NCBI GenBank assembly: GCA_963707875.1
Contig: CAVPRU010000003.1
Span: 358,498 to 422,497, forward strand
Source: an uncultured Gemmatimonadales bacterium
GTDB taxonomy: Bacteria; Gemmatimonadota; Gemmatimonadetes; Gemmatimonadales; GWC2-71-9
Length of the DNA stretch: 64,000 nt
Direction: 5' to 3'
Each line of letters opens with the position of its first letter. Position 1 is the stretch's first letter. Shown piece after piece: positions 60,760 to 64,000 of this stretch. A program made the translations under genes and the position numbers. Below the pieces are notes generated by a model. It did no database searches. It saw only the letters and a list, made by a program, of their open reading frames with translations, and had not been told where the DNA came from.

Positions 60760-60932
60760 GGATGGGCGTCATGAAATGGTTCAAGCTGATGATCGTCCCG
60801 CGTACTCCTTAAAAGCCTCGACGCCGAGCCGGATGATCGTTGGGTTTCACCCCCTTGCCAATCAAGAGCTTACCGAGGCCGCCCAATTCTATGAGGCCCA
60901 GGCGAAGGGGCTGGGATCGTGGTTTCTTGACG
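60760..60932 (+). pseudogene. Remnant of an addiction-module antitoxin C-terminus plus a ParE toxin N-terminus
   Basis: 60833-60932 (MIVGFHPLANQELTEAAQFYE...) differs from 36915-37014 at 14 of 100 bases; upstream DGRHEMVQADD resembles the antitoxin tail at 36850-36918. Confidence 0.7.
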
Positions 60933-60937
60933 GGGGC

Positions 60938-61020
60938 CCGAGGGCGCAGTCTCGCCGGCGGCGTGATGAGGCAACGATAGGGTGCCGGGTACTTCCGCGG
61001 GGTGCCCGGTCTTCCTCGTG
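60938..61020 (+). repeat. 83-bp repeat copy 1 (gene 3' end EGAVSxAA* plus terminator-like hairpin)
   Basis: 72/83 identical to 62433-62515; contains ccgggtac-ttccgcggg-gtgcccgg followed by T-rich bases. Confidence 0.75.
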
Positions 61021-61108
61021 TGCCGCAAATGCGTAGCAGCAACACATCTGGTTGGACTTGCATGGATCCGGTCTTGCCGAATCCAGCTCCCCGTCCAACA
61101 TTGGCCAT

Positions 61109-61200
61109 ATGACCCCAAAGGCCCTGCTCGACGAGATCCTGCGTCTGCCTGCCGCCGAACGCCTCCGTCTGCTTGAGGAAGTATGGGACAGCCCCCGAAC
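61109..61200 (+). pseudogene. Addiction-module antitoxin N-terminal fragment
   Basis: MTPKALLDEILRLPAAERLRLLEEVWDS, then loses similarity. Confidence 0.6.
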
Positions 61201-61460
61201 CTTCTCTGACCTGGGAACAGGTCCAGGAACGCCTGGCCGGGCTTGGGGGATGAGTTCCAGCGCGCCGTCAGCCTCACCTTCTCCCTGATCACCCAGGCCC
61301 CGGAGCCTCCGGGGTTCCGGCCTCCACGACGCGTATCGCGTCTTCCGGCGACCGTACGGTAGCCCGAAAATGAGCCTCCTTGGGACGTCCAGCGCTGCCC
61401 CGCTCTTGACGCGGCTCTTCCCACCGGTGATCTTACTGGTAAGACACTCCAGGAGGTCCC

Positions 61461-61724
61461 ATGAGTACCGCCGCCACCACGACCCTGTCATCCAAGGGGC
61501 AAGTTGTCATCCCGGAAGAGATCCGTACTCGGCTTGGCCTTGAGCCCGGCGCCCAGTTCGTGGTGATTGCCGACCGCGATGCGGTCATCTTCAAGCTGCT
61601 CGAACCACCCTCGCTGAAGGAGTTCACCGCTCTGATCGGCCGGGCTCGGCAGGTGGCAAAGAGGACCGGGCTCACCCAAGCCGACATCGCCGCCTCGGTG
61701 AAGAAGGTCCGCCGGTCCCGATGA
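61461..61724 (+). CDS. AbrB/MazE/SpoVT family antitoxin
   Basis: TTLSSKGQVVIPEEIRTRLGLEPGAQFVV; GGAGG RBS; ATGA overlap with the PIN gene. Confidence 0.88.
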   Translation: MSTAATTTLSSKGQVVIPEEIRTRLGLEPGAQFVVIADRDAVIFKLLEPPSLKEFTALIGRARQVAKRTGLTQADIAASVKKVRRSR

Positions 61725-62138
61725 GGGTTGTGGTGGACACGAACGTGCTCATGTCGGGGATCTTCTTCGGCGGAGTCCCCGGGGCGTGTGTTGCAGGCAT
61801 GGGTGGACGGCCGGTTTGAGCTCGTGCTTTCGCCAGATATCCTCGAGGAGTATCACGCCGTCGGCAGCCATCTGGCCCTTCGGTATCCAGAGCGAGCCGA
61901 CGCCTTGGCTCCGGTGCTGGCCTTGGTCGCGATGAGCGCAACGCTCGTGGACGCCCGACGATGGACGGAGCGGGTGAGCGAGGATCCGGCTGATGATGCG
62001 TTCCTGGCCGCTGCGGTCGCCGCTGGCGTGCCTGTCATCGTGTCCGGAGACCGACACTTTCTCGACGTTTCCGGATGGCGAGACATTGCCGTGCTGACTC
62101 CCCGCAAGTTCGTGGACCTGTATGTACTCGCGGGCTGA
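61721..62138 (+). CDS. PIN-domain toxin (VapC-like), +1 frameshift in a G run near 61780
   Basis: MRVVVDTNVLMSGIFFGG, then GRVLQAW..., DPADDAFLAAA, IVSGDRHFL, LTPRKF. Confidence 0.82.
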
Positions 62139-62141
62139 CAC

Positions 62142-62212
62142 CCGACCAGTGGTACCTGATCGCCCTCCACCGCCGCCGGCTCCGCCGAGAACGGGCCCTT
62201 TGCCCGCCCCAC
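62142..62212 (+). pseudogene. Internally deleted scrap of the protease-nuclease gene
   Basis: 62142-62173 matches 49209-49240 and 62167-62212 matches 49445-49490 (1 mismatch each), joined at ccaccgc. Confidence 0.8.
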
Positions 62213-62432
62213 CGAGGCCTCGGAGGAGGGCATCGCGCTCGCCAGGCTGGAGGAGTTTGCTCGCCAAGGGCGATGCCCTGGCAGACCAGCAGCGGGCGAG
62301 ATTCCTCGCCGTCCGCACCGTACCGGTTCGGGGAGGACACCGAGCTGATGGCGGCCTGGACCAGTGCCCGGAATGTCTTCGGTCCGGCCCATCGCCGGGG
62401 TCAGGTGGCTCCCGAGGCTGGGGAGTCCGGGG

Positions 62433-62515
62433 CCGAGGGCGCCGTCTCGTCGGCAGCGTGAGGGAGGAGCGGTAGGGGGCCGGGTACTTCCGCGGGGTGC
62501 CCGGTTTTCCTCGTG
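62433..62515 (+). repeat. 83-bp repeat copy 2 with probable intrinsic terminator
   Basis: See copy 1; here the hairpin is followed by ttttcc and follows the stop at 62459-62461. Confidence 0.75.
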
Positions 62516-62594
62516 CCCTTCATCACCCGTTCCGTCCTTGCCGCAGTGCCCAGCCGGGGTAGCGTATCGGGCCACAACCGGTCGCAACCGGTGC

Positions 62595-62879
62595 CTACCG
62601 TTGGTCCTCGCGCGGTCGCGCCAAGAGGCGTTCCGCAAAGTCCACGCGCTCTTCCAGTTCGGTCATCCGCTGCGTCAGGTGCTCGAACTCATTCAGGCGG
62701 CCCTGAATCTCCTCCAGCAGCTGGTCGCGCTCGGTCGACTCCACCACGCGGGACCGTAGCTCATGCTGCTTGATCTTCGAGGTCGCAAGGCGGACTGTCA
62801 CTATTCCGGCTACAACGGAGAAAATGATCGCCCCGAATCCAATGACTGGCCCGACAATTTCCATAGGAAGTCCGAACAT
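62595..62879 (-). CDS. Small single-TM coiled-coil membrane protein
   Basis: TM (IVGPVIGFGAIIFSVVAGIV), then coiled coil ending MTELEERVDFAERLL. Confidence 0.75.
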   Translation of the reverse strand: MFGLPMEIVGPVIGFGAIIFSVVAGIVTVRLATSKIKQHELRSRVVESTERDQLLEEIQGRLNEFEHLTQRMTELEERVDFAERLLARPREDQR

Positions 62880-63059
62880 GCTCCGCCTCCCTGAGCGACG
62901 GGCGGTACCAGGCCGCCAAAGACGTCGAGCCCCACCGCCGATTCCGACCCCGCCCCCCCCCGAAGACCAATCCAAGGACAACATCGCTCCTGACCCGACA
63001 ATTCGGAAGAGGGCACGGGAGGTGGTCCCACGCTCTGTAAGACCCGCCCTTCCGCGAGT

Positions 63060-63776
63060 CTACCTGGCGGCGAGGTCACCGACCTCGGCAGGTTGGCCTT
63101 CCCCGGGGACTGACCGTGCGCCCTTGATCACCAGCCAGAGAATGATCAACACCTCGCCAATAGCCAATATGGTGAACTGATTGGCGATGCGGGCATAGGC
63201 TGGGAAGACCAGGGATGTCACGCTGATAGCCAGCCACCCACAACAGCCGATGATCAGGAAGACGCCGAGACTGCGCGGAATGAACCTGGATCGCCATACC
63301 AGAACCCCGAACGGCAGGAGCCAGAGACCCCACAGGGCCGTGACCGCGCTTGTTCCGTAGCTCTTCAAGCGGAGAAACCCCATGATCATGGCATCGAGCT
63401 GCGGTTGGTCGAATGCCGACCAGTAATCGGCCCCATTCAACAGTACCAGTGGAGCGGCCCCGCAGAGCGCATTGGCGAACACCATCGGCACTTGAACGAG
63501 CACCAGTGCCACCATCAGTGCAGCCTGTCTCTTGCCCACTCCCTTGAGCAATTGATACAGCGCCAGCACGAGAAAGACAAAGACGATCTGCGAGGCAAGA
63601 CCGCTGACGAGATAAAGCCGGTACATCAGCTGAGACGACGCAATCTTGCCCGCCGTGGCTGCGGCATCGCCTGGGACGATGAACACCGAGGGGATGCCCA
63701 TTTCAATGGCGGAGGTGACTCCCATCACCAGATACAGCAGGCCAGCGACCCTTGCCTCATGTTTGCGAGACTTCAT
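63060..63776 (-). CDS. DUF4386 family membrane protein
   Basis: ARVAGLLYL, VPGDAAATA..I, LALYQLLK.V, FWGLWL-like LWGLWLLPFG.L..RSRFIPR.LG, GE....LWLVIKG. Confidence 0.85.
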   Translation of the reverse strand: MKSRKHEARVAGLLYLVMGVTSAIEMGIPSVFIVPGDAAATAGKIASSQLMYRLYLVSGLASQIVFVFLVLALYQLLKGVGKRQAALMVALVLVQVPMVFANALCGAAPLVLLNGADYWSAFDQPQLDAMIMGFLRLKSYGTSAVTALWGLWLLPFGVLVWRSRFIPRSLGVFLIIGCCGWLAISVTSLVFPAYARIANQFTILAIGEVLIILWLVIKGARSVPGEGQPAEVGDLAAR

Positions 63777-63884
63777 CTGTTCACCTCTAGAAGTTGAAGC
63801 CGACGTGGAGTCCTGGTTCACACAAGAAGTAATTGGGCCATCTGCGGCCGGGTCACTGACTGACTCGGCATTCGGATCGTCACC

Positions 63885-64000
63885 TCAGCGACCGGGCGTG
63901 GAGAGACCGAGCTGCCTGAGCAGTTCCAGCTCGTTGTAATAGGTCCATTCCTCCACGATCCGGCCTTCCTGGAAGCGGTAGACCGTCGCTCCAGCCATAA
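63885..64000 (-). CDS. C-terminal end of an ester cyclase/SnoaL-like protein (5' part outside the window)
   Basis: ATVYRFQEGRIVEEWTYYNELELLRQLG*. Confidence 0.7.
   Translation of the reverse strand, partial: MAGATVYRFQEGRIVEEWTYYNELELLRQLGLSTPGR

Noticed and set aside
61261-61440. Fragment with DLFPG as a DNA methyltransferase or restriction remnant
   Set aside because: Too short and no second motif; identity cannot be supported.
49209-62212. Protease scrap as a diversity-generating retroelement template repeat
   Set aside because: No reverse transcriptase, the mismatches are not adenine-specific, and the copy has an internal deletion.
22-64000. Hundreds of long alternative-frame and antisense ORFs in the track (e.g. 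720-2873, 4238-5887, 12777-14252, 22310-24112, 31217-32797)
   Set aside because: Arg/Gly/Pro-rich shadow ORFs expected in high-GC DNA; each overlaps a gene with recognisable family motifs.
60400-64000. Integron cassette array
   Set aside because: Small genes and TA pairs are suggestive, but I found no convincing paired RYYYAAC/GTTRRRY attC sites and no integrase.
1-64000. rRNA, tRNA or known riboswitches
   Set aside because: No recognisable conserved RNA motifs by eye; an Infernal/Rfam or tRNAscan run would be needed to exclude them fully.

Overview
GC-rich bacterial DNA, most likely Gemmatimonadota. This is an inference from gene content: a Ser/Thr kinase-TolB fusion, a 6-bladed beta-propeller protein, small lipoproteins and an 'ELEERVDFAERLL' membrane protein. 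About 1-40.8 kb is core-like and dominated by amino-acid and peptide catabolism (PLP aminotransferases, M20/M28/M61/S9/P1 peptidases, amidohydrolases, an argE-hutF-amidinotransferase run, coaA). About 40.8-64 kb is accessory. It holds an orphan TM plus Nudix-like protein, a large BTAD-STAND-TM-beta-propeller sensor divergent from an Ig/lectin-like lipoprotein, and a trypsin-endonuclease fusion. It also holds toxin-antitoxin modules, a patchwork of short gene scraps and, most interesting, a mostly translationally coupled 8-gene minus-strand operon (SPT/AONS-like, UbiA, DAG/sphingosine kinase, ThiL-like kinase, ABC permease, ABC ATPase, BtaA/DUF3419, GNAT) that looks like an undescribed sphingoid or amino-lipid biosynthetic pathway. 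Many genes carry small frameshifts, probably long-read consensus errors. I recognised no rRNA, tRNA, CRISPR array or intact transposase/integrase. All family calls are by-eye motif recognition; no database search was run.
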